Shown piece by piece: positions 29,358-37,351 of a DNA stretch of 64,000 nt. The first letter of the stretch is position 1. Each line of letters begins with the position of its first letter. Origin of the DNA: a virus (Duplodnaviria; Caudoviricetes); the IMG/VR virus record IMGVR_UViG_3300024252_000005; one strand, given 5' to 3'. The translations under genes and the position numbers were made by a program. The notes under the pieces are model-generated. The model was given only the letters and a program-made list of their open reading frames with translations, made no database searches and was not told the DNA's origin.

Positions 29358-29642
29358 CTATTTAACTACAAAGCTTGATTTGCCTTTTTTAAAGTTTTCA
29401 TAAACATCTTTTTCAACTAAAGCCCAATACTTTTCACAATTAAAGTTTTTAAACATCTTTTCTCTGCTTCTCCAGTGATCAATGCCATTTAAGAATTTAA
29501 TGCAACCAAGGATTTTTACATTTGTTCCTAATACACCTATACAAGCTGCGTAAACATATTCGTCAAGAGATAAGCAACATTTTAAATAGCCTATTTCTCT
29601 CAATAACTCTTTATAAGTTTTCATTCGTTTATAGTTTGACAT
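29358..29642 (-). CDS. Hypothetical protein
   Basis: ORF only. Confidence 0.6.
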   Translation of the reverse strand: MSNYKRMKTYKELLREIGYLKCCLSLDEYVYAACIGVLGTNVKILGCIKFLNGIDHWRSREKMFKNFNCEKYWALVEKDVYENFKKGKSSFVVK

Positions 29643-29972
29643 TTAAACCTCTGAAAGAAATGAAACATCAGCTTTGCAAAAATAACTGTAGAGTTCGTTT
29701 TCACTTATAGCAAATTGCGTGCCATTATGTAGTCTAGTTAGATAACACTTTATTATTCTTTTATTGTTCTGTTTCTGTACAACGTAGTCATTAAAAACAA
29801 ACCTTTCAAATCTTGCAATTGGATTTTTTTCTCCTGAAATTCTCATTCCTAGCTTGGCCGGCATAAAGTAGAAACCTTTATTTTTTATCTTGACAACAGA
29901 ACCATGTCCATGGTTCTCTTTGAAATATACGATATCACCTTTTTTAAGTTCAACGTTCATATATACACTCAC
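29643..29972 (-). CDS. Hypothetical protein
   Basis: ORF abuts the next start. Confidence 0.6.
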   Translation of the reverse strand: MSVYMNVELKKGDIVYFKENHGHGSVVKIKNKGFYFMPAKLGMRISGEKNPIARFERFVFNDYVVQKQNNKRIIKCYLTRLHNGTQFAISENELYSYFCKADVSFLSEV

Positions 29973-30241
29973 TTAAACATCAAGTAGCTTGTAATTATTG
30001 ATAATTCTGATAGTAAAAAAATATAATATTTGTCAGTTTTTCTTCTATTGTTATGCTTTGAATGTAAATAAGAAAAGAAAAGAATAAATGAAGTTATTAT
30101 TAGCAAATCAAACATAAAAACTAACCTTTAATATGAAAATCAAATATCCAGAAATTACTGATAATATTGCGTCGATAGACTTCATGCTTGAAACACATGT
30201 GATATTAACTAATAACCATGTTAGAAGGAAAAAATTAAGTG

Positions 30242-30796
30242 TTATTGCCATGAACTCTCTTCGTATATATTATTTATTTTTAAAAACTCGTACCAATTAC
30301 TAAGTTCTTTACTTGAAGGTTTTGATAACGCTGCTTCTTTTATTACCCTAATATCTTCAGCAATTTCTAGCAAATTATTTTTTTGTTTTAGACTTGCTTT
30401 CTTTTCCTCTTTCATGACACTTGCTTCTTTAAAAGATTTTAAACTTGTTTCTAGCTGAAGTTTTAAAGGCGTATTACCTAGCAAAACAAGATCTTTGACA
30501 GCATCATCTGGTATCTCTATTGAATATTCAGGCTGATCAAACTTTGATCCTTTTAGCCTGACTTCAAAAAGTACAACAGGATTATCGATAGAACCTACAG
30601 CTTTTTTGAATCTCATCCAAGCAAAACCTTCACGTTCAGTATGACAAATATAATCATGCTTTTCTGAATCAGAAACTTTTCCGTAGAGTGCTTTAATATA
30701 GCTGAAAGTTTTTGTATTAAAATCGACTCTAACCCAAGAGTTTCCTCTTCCTTTATATCTTTCGTTGATAGCTTTTTTAAAAGTATTTTTTGCCAT
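30242..30796 (-). CDS. Paralog family A protein
   Basis: YKGRGNSWV, EGFAWMRF, FEVRLKGSK. Confidence 0.75.
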   Translation of the reverse strand: MAKNTFKKAINERYKGRGNSWVRVDFNTKTFSYIKALYGKVSDSEKHDYICHTEREGFAWMRFKKAVGSIDNPVVLFEVRLKGSKFDQPEYSIEIPDDAVKDLVLLGNTPLKLQLETSLKSFKEASVMKEEKKASLKQKNNLLEIAEDIRVIKEAALSKPSSKELSNWYEFLKINNIYEESSWQ

Positions 30797-30830
30797 TTTT
30801 CCCCAATATGATTATTTGTTATTATAATAT

Positions 30831-30860
30831 ATTATATTAAATTAAGTAATATATTACACG
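30831..30860 (-). promoter_or_regulatory. Repeated phage promoter
   Basis: CGTGTAA-N17-TATAAT. Confidence 0.8.
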
Positions 30861-30865
30861 ATATA

Positions 30866-31114
30866 TCAACTATTTTTTTTAAATAAACTAGAAAAATAAA
30901 AAGAAATTTTTGTAAAAATTATCTCTAGATACAATACTATGCTAAATATTACAGAATGATCACCGATAACAGTTAAGAGTTTGTTAGCAGCAATACTTTG
31001 CGTTTTTGTTATATCACCTGAAGTTATCATAACTACTGAGCCTTCTTCATCTATATACAGTAAAATCGCCCCTCTATTTTCTGCTATGTCTTTTATTATT
31101 TTATCATTCATCAA
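30866..31114 (-). CDS. Hypothetical protein with C-terminal hydrophobic segment
   Basis: ORF only. Confidence 0.6.
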   Translation of the reverse strand: MMNDKIIKDIAENRGAILLYIDEEGSVVMITSGDITKTQSIAANKLLTVIGDHSVIFSIVLYLEIIFTKISFYFSSLFKKNS

Positions 31115-31170
31115 ATTACCTTATACTAAATTTAAAAATTCCTTATAGTTATTATAGAGGTTTTAAAAAA

Positions 31171-32097
31171 ATGAAAAATTATTTCTTAAAGTTATTCATA
31201 GTTTTTTCTCTATTATTCAATAGCGGAAGCAGTTACAACATAAATATTAATAAAACAAAAAGCTTGAGACTTGAAAATACTTTTGTTTTTATTAGTACAC
31301 ATCTTAAACTAGAAAAAATAAATAGTCAATGTGTTAATGCTAATTGTTATCAAATATTTGATAATGAAAAAGAAGTAGACAGAATAAACAATGTGTTAAT
31401 AGATACACCCATGATCGTTGGCTCAGGCTTTATATATGATTTATCGATGACGACAAAGATACTGACAGCAGATCATTTGTGCACAAAAATTGATGAGTAT
31501 TTAAAGTATTCAAAAGAGTTTAATGATTCCAAGATAGAGCTTTTAAGTGAGTTAGGTGAATCAATAAAGATTGATCATTTATTGTTTCTTCAAGTTTTAA
31601 ATAATCACAGCCTAATCCCAGTTGTTACATTATTTGATTTCAATGGTAATAAATACAAGTACAATAAAACCATAAAACAAGATAAAAACAAAGATCTCTG
31701 TGCAATAGAGTCTGATAGTTTGTTTGGCGAAAAGATAGAGTTAAGTGAAAAAAACTGTACGTATGGTGAAGAAGTCGTGAACATATCTGCAGCAGATGGA
31801 ATTTATCTGCCTAAAGCAATACCATATTATACAGGAATATATTCAGGTCACGTAAAAAATTCTAAATTTAAAGTGTACGAAAAAGGCGTTGAAGTTAGCT
31901 TGTATTCCATAGACATAAGTGAAGGTTCTTCAGGATCAGCAGTTTTTTCTAAAAAAACAAACAAACTTTGCGGAAATATTAATGCTTCTTTAAGAAAAGC
32001 AAAATTAAGTCTAGGCAGTTCGAGTGATACAATAAAAGAATTTTTAGATGGAGATACTGGGAGTCGAGACAAGATCAAAAAACATTTAAAGCATTAA
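31171..32097 (+). CDS. Secreted trypsin-like (S1) serine protease
   Basis: Signal peptide; GSGF, ILTADHLC (His), KDLC (Asp), EGSSGSAVF (Ser). Confidence 0.85.
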   Translation: MKNYFLKLFIVFSLLFNSGSSYNININKTKSLRLENTFVFISTHLKLEKINSQCVNANCYQIFDNEKEVDRINNVLIDTPMIVGSGFIYDLSMTTKILTADHLCTKIDEYLKYSKEFNDSKIELLSELGESIKIDHLLFLQVLNNHSLIPVVTLFDFNGNKYKYNKTIKQDKNKDLCAIESDSLFGEKIELSEKNCTYGEEVVNISAADGIYLPKAIPYYTGIYSGHVKNSKFKVYEKGVEVSLYSIDISEGSSGSAVFSKKTNKLCGNINASLRKAKLSLGSSSDTIKEFLDGDTGSRDKIKKHLKH

Positions 32098-32318
32098 AGA
32101 AATTTAACTATTTTTTTCTTGTCAATATAACAAATCTCGTAGTCTAGATCAGGAATTATAGCTTCATAATAGTTGTTTTGATAATCATCTTGATGGTAAT
32201 TATGTATACACTTTACAAAACTTATTACAGATATATATTTTTTCCCAGGCTTACCGTAAACATAGTCGACAATCGCTAAGCCCCATCCTTCATTGACGTT
32301 AACGTTTACTTCTATCAA
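32094..32318 (-). CDS. Hypothetical protein
   Basis: ORF only. Confidence 0.55.
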   Translation of the reverse strand: MIEVNVNVNEGWGLAIVDYVYGKPGKKYISVISFVKCIHNYHQDDYQNNYYEAIIPDLDYEICYIDKKKIVKFL

Positions 32319-32559
32319 AACATATTCCTAACTTGTTATCACAATTAATAAGACGCTGTTTATGTTGTCTTAAACTATTTAAACATTCATCATATCTAGT
32401 GTTGACATGATTTATTTCTTTGTTTGTTTCTTTTAAGAATTCATTCTCTATCTTTAGCATTAAAGCTTTTTCTTTCAACCTTTTATGATTTTCAATAGAT
32501 ATACAAGACGGTAGCAAAAAACATGTTACCCATAACAATACTAATAGATTATTTTTCAT
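32299..32559 (-). CDS. Small coiled-coil lipoprotein
   Basis: Lipobox LPSC followed by a heptad-rich segment. Confidence 0.6.
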   Translation of the reverse strand: MKNNLLVLLWVTCFLLPSCISIENHKRLKEKALMLKIENEFLKETNKEINHVNTRYDECLNSLRQHKQRLINCDNKLGICFDRSKR

Positions 32560-32560
32560 A

Positions 32561-32929
32561 TTAATTTAATCTAGTGCAATTTAAGTTTTTATCTTTATCG
32601 AACCAGAAAACTTTTTTAATTCCTTTTCTTTTTAATAATTTTTTACATCCTTTACAAGGTGCGCCATGTGACAAACTCCCAGCGCTTGTTATTCTAATTG
32701 CAAGCATACTTGATCCATGTATTTGATGAGCTCTCAAGCCGTTCAGACAATCTCGTTCAGAATGAATAGAAAATTTTCTAGAAATTACCCCTGGCGCTGG
32801 CATGTGATAATTATAACCTGCAGCTAATATTTTCTTCCCTTTCCAAATTACTGCACCATGTTTATGATTCATAGGGCTTTTTTTTGCTTGAGATAAAGCT
32901 AGTGCTAATGCTCCCGCTAGTAGTTTCAA
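32561..32929 (-). CDS. Zn-dependent cytidine/deoxycytidylate deaminase-like protein
   Basis: HGAVI, HSE (HxE) and PCKGC motifs. Confidence 0.85.
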   Translation of the reverse strand: MKLLAGALALALSQAKKSPMNHKHGAVIWKGKKILAAGYNYHMPAPGVISRKFSIHSERDCLNGLRAHQIHGSSMLAIRITSAGSLSHGAPCKGCKKLLKRKGIKKVFWFDKDKNLNCTRLN

Positions 32930-32933
32930 TTGA

Positions 32934-33308
32934 TTATTCTACGTAATTCAAACGAGAGCAATGCCAAACATCTACAACATCATTTAATGTCCTATCTTCT
33001 GAAACGTCTAAGAGAAAAAACTTCATTCCATTTTTCTTTTTTAATTCGAAATTATACTTGAATATTTCATAGAAATCTTTAATATTTTTGTATACATAGT
33101 TGTTTGTATTTAAATCAATAGCTCTTGACGTAAAAAAATCATCAAATAAGAAGTCTAGTTTTTTAGACCTATCTTTAACTAATTTATTCATTAAGTTTCT
33201 AAATATAAATAGTGATGCATCATAATCAGATATGTTATAAATAGTTACTTCCTCTTTTAACTTATTACTAATTCTTGGGTGTGTAAAACCAATATATACG
33301 CTATACAT
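32934..33308 (-). CDS. Hypothetical protein
   Basis: ORF only. Confidence 0.6.
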   Translation of the reverse strand: MYSVYIGFTHPRISNKLKEEVTIYNISDYDASLFIFRNLMNKLVKDRSKKLDFLFDDFFTSRAIDLNTNNYVYKNIKDFYEIFKYNFELKKKNGMKFFLLDVSEDRTLNDVVDVWHCSRLNYVE

Positions 33309-33310
33309 CT

Positions 33311-33535
33311 TTAACTCTCGCTTATTTCTTTTAACTCATATGGCCAAACATATCTAACAATATCTTCAACCAAGACTGGTATCATATCATAATCAACATC
33401 GTTTACATCAGCATTAGCCCATGTACACTCATATAAACAATCTAGCGTAAGGGCAAAAACATTCATATTAACTGTATTATATCCAATTGTAGAATCATAA
33501 CTTAAACAATAAAGTTTGTTTTTTTCAATTATCAA
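33311..33535 (-). CDS. Hypothetical protein
   Basis: ORF overlaps the upstream stop. Confidence 0.55.
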   Translation of the reverse strand: MIIEKNKLYCLSYDSTIGYNTVNMNVFALTLDCLYECTWANADVNDVDYDMIPVLVEDIVRYVWPYELKEISES

Positions 33536-33765
33536 AAGCTTTCTTCCCCAACTTTAACTAAAGAAAATTTTCGATTAGGAGAAGAAGGTATCCAAAACTT
33601 TTCTTTTTTTTCACAATCGAACAAAATATAATCACTTATAATTACATTATTACTAGTTTCATATGTATCTATTTCTAAAATCATAATAATTTCTTTTCTT
33701 GCTAGCAAAGAATCATAATAAGTAATGTAAACTAAATCGCTTACTTTTAAGTTTTTATCATCCAC
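33532..33765 (-). CDS. Hypothetical protein
   Basis: ORF overlaps both neighbours. Confidence 0.55.
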   Translation of the reverse strand: MDDKNLKVSDLVYITYYDSLLARKEIIMILEIDTYETSNNVIISDYILFDCEKKEKFWIPSSPNRKFSLVKVGEESF

Positions 33766-34714
33766 TCATTACATCCAAAGCCCAGTCGTAATTTCTTGTT
33801 TCTGTATAGCTATAATGACCGTAACCTCCATTGTGATATTTTGTGCTAGACATAGTAATCTTACCTAGAAATAGAATCAAATCTTCTTTTTTAAGCTTAA
33901 TAATGTCATGAAGCCTTGTTAAGCACAAATTTTCAGGAGTTAAAGTGTTGTAGAAATTTTCTTCATATACTTTGTCCCAATCATTAGTCAATACTTTTAG
34001 ACAAAATGAGCTCAAAATCTTTTGATTTCTTTCAGATTCATATAATCCATCAAGGAATTTTTTCCTTGTAAGATACTTTACAATTCTATTTCCTAACAGA
34101 GGAGAATTGCAATGTTCAAGATTCAAAGCTTTTATTGTATCAAACTTTACAGCTTCTTTGTCATAATGAAGAATGAACTTTTTATTTGAAAAAGTTAATG
34201 CATATTTGCAATTCGTAAAGTCAAAATTATTAAAGCATTCTTTTATGTTTTTGTAAAAGAATTTATTTACAAATTGCAGTTTTATATGCTGAATGTTGTA
34301 TGGTCTAAGGCTTTGAGGGGTATTTATATCTAATCCCTTTTTTTCGGGAAAGTTGATATTATTTGAAAAACAACTATCGTAATTTAACTCAAAGCAATCA
34401 TTGATCGAAACTTTCTTTGCAGCTTGATAAAGTTTACCCCTAGTAAATTTCATATAAGCATTTTTAATATTAGATAAGCTAGAACTGAATATGTCTATGT
34501 CGCCATTGCTGTAAAGATATTCTTCAATATACTTATGATTTTTACTTTGTGATAATTTAAATTCATCAAGTGCTACAATTCTTGCAAATCCCCCAGCAAT
34601 CCAAGCATTATCTTTGACTACCCTAACAAGGTTTGTATGACTAAATAGATCTAATAAGTATAAGTTTAGAGAGTTGCTCAAAGGTCTAGATATAATATTA
34701 TTTTGTATATCCAT
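33758..34714 (-). CDS. Pol-beta superfamily nucleotidyltransferase (CCA-adding/poly(A) polymerase head-like)
   Basis: AWIAGGFAR, GDIDIF, FDFTNC. Confidence 0.72.
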   Translation of the reverse strand: MDIQNNIISRPLSNSLNLYLLDLFSHTNLVRVVKDNAWIAGGFARIVALDEFKLSQSKNHKYIEEYLYSNGDIDIFSSSLSNIKNAYMKFTRGKLYQAAKKVSINDCFELNYDSCFSNNINFPEKKGLDINTPQSLRPYNIQHIKLQFVNKFFYKNIKECFNNFDFTNCKYALTFSNKKFILHYDKEAVKFDTIKALNLEHCNSPLLGNRIVKYLTRKKFLDGLYESERNQKILSSFCLKVLTNDWDKVYEENFYNTLTPENLCLTRLHDIIKLKKEDLILFLGKITMSSTKYHNGGYGHYSYTETRNYDWALDVMSG

Positions 34715-34752
34715 TTAATCCTCGCTTTAAAGAATTGTTTATTTATATTAAT

Positions 34753-34782
34753 ATTATATTAAAAAAAAAAAAATGTTGCACG
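34753..34782 (-). promoter_or_regulatory. Repeated phage promoter
   Basis: CGTGCAA-N17-TATAAT. Confidence 0.8.
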
Positions 34783-34902
34783 CATAAATATAATAACATT
34801 TTTTCGATTTACAAATTTATACAAAAAGGTTTTTTAAGTCTAAAGTGTTTAATGTTTCATGATACTTATTACATATAATTTAAATAAAGAAAGCTTATTA
34901 TT

Positions 34903-35373
34903 TTGTCATATACATTTGATATAAGATCTAAAAAACAAACACACTTACAACCTTCAGAAGGAAACTTTTCCGGGCAAACGAGCAGCACTTCTTATACAGA
35001 TGTTTCTGGTACTGAACTTAGTTTTGAGTGTGATACCGTATCTGGATATTCAAAAGTTATATTTGAAATATCTGTACAAACTGGTTGGGGACCAGACGCA
35101 AATAACAATACAGGCGATATGAAGTTACTTGAAAGTTCTGATCAAACAAACTGGTCTGATATAGAAAATTCAAAAGTAAGAATTTCCATGTCAGCATCTT
35201 ATCATGACAGTACTTTTGAACATAAGTTTACATTAAACCCTTGGTCAGGAACTAAGTATTTTAAACTACAAATAAAATCATCTAGCAGCAGTACAGATTT
35301 TAATATCAACAAAAGAGGTAGTAGCACATATCCTTGGCTTACACCACCAACTATCAGTATTAGAGTAATATAA
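34903..35373 (+). CDS. Beta-rich protein, 1 of 3 tandem paralogs (putative virion accessory)
   Basis: Starts (M)SY with TTG; Ser/Thr-rich; LLESSDQTNWSDI. Confidence 0.6.
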   Translation: MSYTFDIRSKKQTHLQPSEGNFSGQTSSTSYTDVSGTELSFECDTVSGYSKVIFEISVQTGWGPDANNNTGDMKLLESSDQTNWSDIENSKVRISMSASYHDSTFEHKFTLNPWSGTKYFKLQIKSSSSSTDFNINKRGSSTYPWLTPPTISIRVI

Positions 35374-35374
35374 T

Positions 35375-35830
35375 ATGTCTTATAATAAATATAAAAACTA
35401 TAATGCTGGAACTACGACTAATAGTTCAACTCAAACAACAACAACAGCGGGTATTGTAGTTAATGGTTTAACCTTTAGCTATATACCTGCAAAGAACTCT
35501 AGTGAAGTTATTTTTGAATACAGCTTTTATGCTGAAAAAAATAACGGTATACCTTTTATACATACTGAGATCGAATACTCAACAGACAACGGCTCATCTT
35601 TTACTAACATTGGAGAAAAATATAAAATGTATAGCTGCTCTGGGCCTTATAATAATTTCTATATACACTATAGAGTTTTATGTAAACTATCGTCATGGTC
35701 AGGTGAAAGAATAATTAGAGTTAAAGCTTTTGAGCATAACTATAGCAGCACAACTAATGTTGCAATACTTCACTATATTTCTGACTTGTCTGAATATATT
35801 AATACAAATTATATTATCTATAGCGAGTAA
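35375..35830 (+). CDS. Beta-rich protein, 2 of 3 tandem paralogs
   Basis: MSY start; IEYSTDNGSSFTNI. Confidence 0.6.
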   Translation: MSYNKYKNYNAGTTTNSSTQTTTTAGIVVNGLTFSYIPAKNSSEVIFEYSFYAEKNNGIPFIHTEIEYSTDNGSSFTNIGEKYKMYSCSGPYNNFYIHYRVLCKLSSWSGERIIRVKAFEHNYSSTTNVAILHYISDLSEYINTNYIIYSE

Positions 35831-35834
35831 ATTA

Positions 35835-36287
35835 ATGTCATATGATTCAAGCCTTCCTATAAATTATCAAATTATTGAAACTGTAAATTCTTCTACACAA
35901 AGTGTATCAAACTCTTCTGTTGAATTAGAAGGTTCTAAAATAGATTATAATTTTTCAATGGGAAACTTTGTTGTATATAAATTTAGTTTTTATATGAATT
36001 GTGATGGAACTTATACATCATCTATATTTAAACTAGAAACTTCTACAGATGATTCCAGTTGGAATCATATTACGGGATGCTCGCTTTTAATTGGCGATGA
36101 TCGAGCAGCTGAAAACCAAAAAACAAATGTTAATATTTTTTTTGTTATTCCTGCTAGTAGTATTTCTAGATACTTAAGAATTGTAGGTTATTCAAAATCT
36201 GCTTCAACTAGTTTTACACTATTTCAAAGTTCATTTGAAGGAACAAACAGATACATAAATTCAATATTAGAAGTATTTACTATTTAA
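35835..36287 (+). CDS. Beta-rich protein, 3 of 3 tandem paralogs
   Basis: Start moved to MSYDSS at 35835; LETSTDDSSWNHI. Confidence 0.6.
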   Translation: MSYDSSLPINYQIIETVNSSTQSVSNSSVELEGSKIDYNFSMGNFVVYKFSFYMNCDGTYTSSIFKLETSTDDSSWNHITGCSLLIGDDRAAENQKTNVNIFFVIPASSISRYLRIVGYSKSASTSFTLFQSSFEGTNRYINSILEVFTI

Positions 36288-36288
36288 A

Positions 36289-36444
36289 TACCATCAACAG
36301 AGATCAAACCGGTACAGCCATAAATACTCCGAGCGGGATTCGAACCCGCAAGCCATAAGGCGCCTGATTTTAAGTCAGGTTTGTCTACCAATTCCAACAT
36401 CAGAGTTAATAATTTACTGCGTCTGCCTATTCCGTCATGGTGGC
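36289..36444 (-). pseudogene. Degenerate tRNA-Leu-type gene split into a 5' half (36411-36444) and a 3' part (36289-36324) around an intact tRNA-Leu
   Basis: 5' GCCACCA TG ACG GAATAGGCAGA CGC A GTAAA TT; 3' TTTATGGCTGT ACCGG TTTGATC TCTGT TGATGGT A; the acceptor halves pair at 6 of 7 positions. Confidence 0.7.
36325..36406 (-). tRNA. tRNA-Leu(TAA), no encoded CCA
   Basis: ACTCTGA/TCGGAGT acceptor, CCTGA CT TAA AA TCAGG anticodon arm, long variable arm, GGTTCGAATCC T-arm. Confidence 0.95.
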
Positions 36445-36600
36445 TTGATTAATGTCATGTTTATGCCAGTCAGGATTACAAATAGTACACCAATTATCAC
36501 ACTTCTTGCAACCGTATATCTCTTGTACGCCTTTGACACACTCATGCAAGAAAAAATCATAAGTTTTTTTGCACTTTTTACATTTTGATTTTTTGCTCAT
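36427..36600 (-). CDS. Small Cys-rich Zn-binding protein (57 aa) missed by the ORF track
   Basis: MSKKSKCKKCKKTYDFFLHECVKGVQEIYGCKKCDNWCTIC...; similar to the C-terminus of 46560..47213. Confidence 0.7.
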   Translation of the reverse strand: MSKKSKCKKCKKTYDFFLHECVKGVQEIYGCKKCDNWCTICNPDWHKHDINQATMTE

Positions 36601-36618
36601 GAATAATATTAACCTTTA

Positions 36619-36691
36619 AGCTAATGATGGGACTCGAACCCAGAACCTCTTGTTTACAAATCAAGAGCTCTGCCAATTGAGCTACACCAGC
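36619..36691 (-). tRNA. tRNA-Thr(TGT), no encoded CCA
   Basis: GCTGGTG/CATTAGC acceptor, CTTGA TT TGT AA ACAAG anticodon arm, GGTTCGAGTCC T-arm. Confidence 0.92.
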
Positions 36692-36772
36692 ATGTTCTTG
36701 TTTAGATTATATATTTACATATTCATATTGTTAATTTTTTTTGTTCTTATGTAATTAATCTCCTTTTTTATT

Positions 36773-36802
36773 ATTATAATATTAAATTAAACTATTTACA
36801 CA
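36773..36802 (-). promoter_or_regulatory. Repeated phage promoter driving the Thr/Leu tRNA cluster
   Basis: TGTGTAA-N17-TATAAT. Confidence 0.72.
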
Positions 36803-36814
36803 TGAGGAAAATGC

Positions 36815-37351
36815 ATGAGAAATAAACCTAATCAAATATCTTGGGATGATGGTAATAGACTATACAGCTTAGAGACTAAAGATATAATACATGTACTTGT
36901 TAGTAATGATGTTCAAGTAAAAAATATCTCTCCAGCTGGTTCATTAAGAAGAAAAAGACATAAAGTTGGAGACTTAGACATTGTAATAGAGGTAGATAAT
37001 CCTAAATTGGCAGGTAAAATACTAGAAGACAAAATGAATTATAATTTTATTGCTAAAAGCTCTTTTTACAAAGGTAAAATTCTTAATACAGGCGTTGACT
37101 TATTTGTTGCAGGCCATCACGATTATTACGCTATGCTATTTTTCTTAACTGGTTGTGAAGATTGGAACTTAAGAATTATGAAATATTTAAAAAACAATAC
37201 TGATATTAGATACACACCATTTCAGTTTATTAATAGTAAAAACAAAAAAGTGTATAAGTTTAACTCAGAAAAAGAAATATTTAAACTAATTAATCATAAT
37301 TATGTATTACCAGTAAATAGAAAACCTAACTACGTAAAATTTGGAGATTAA
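36815..37351 (+). CDS. DNA polymerase X family catalytic core (truncated)
   Basis: AGSLRR...GDLDIVI, VDLF, LTG motifs. Confidence 0.85.
   Translation: MRNKPNQISWDDGNRLYSLETKDIIHVLVSNDVQVKNISPAGSLRRKRHKVGDLDIVIEVDNPKLAGKILEDKMNYNFIAKSSFYKGKILNTGVDLFVAGHHDYYAMLFFLTGCEDWNLRIMKYLKNNTDIRYTPFQFINSKNKKVYKFNSEKEIFKLINHNYVLPVNRKPNYVKFGD

Noticed and set aside
36600-36720. Nested-tRNA remnants around tRNA-Thr
   Set aside because: No tRNA-like halves flank this gene, so the nesting pattern does not apply to all tRNAs here
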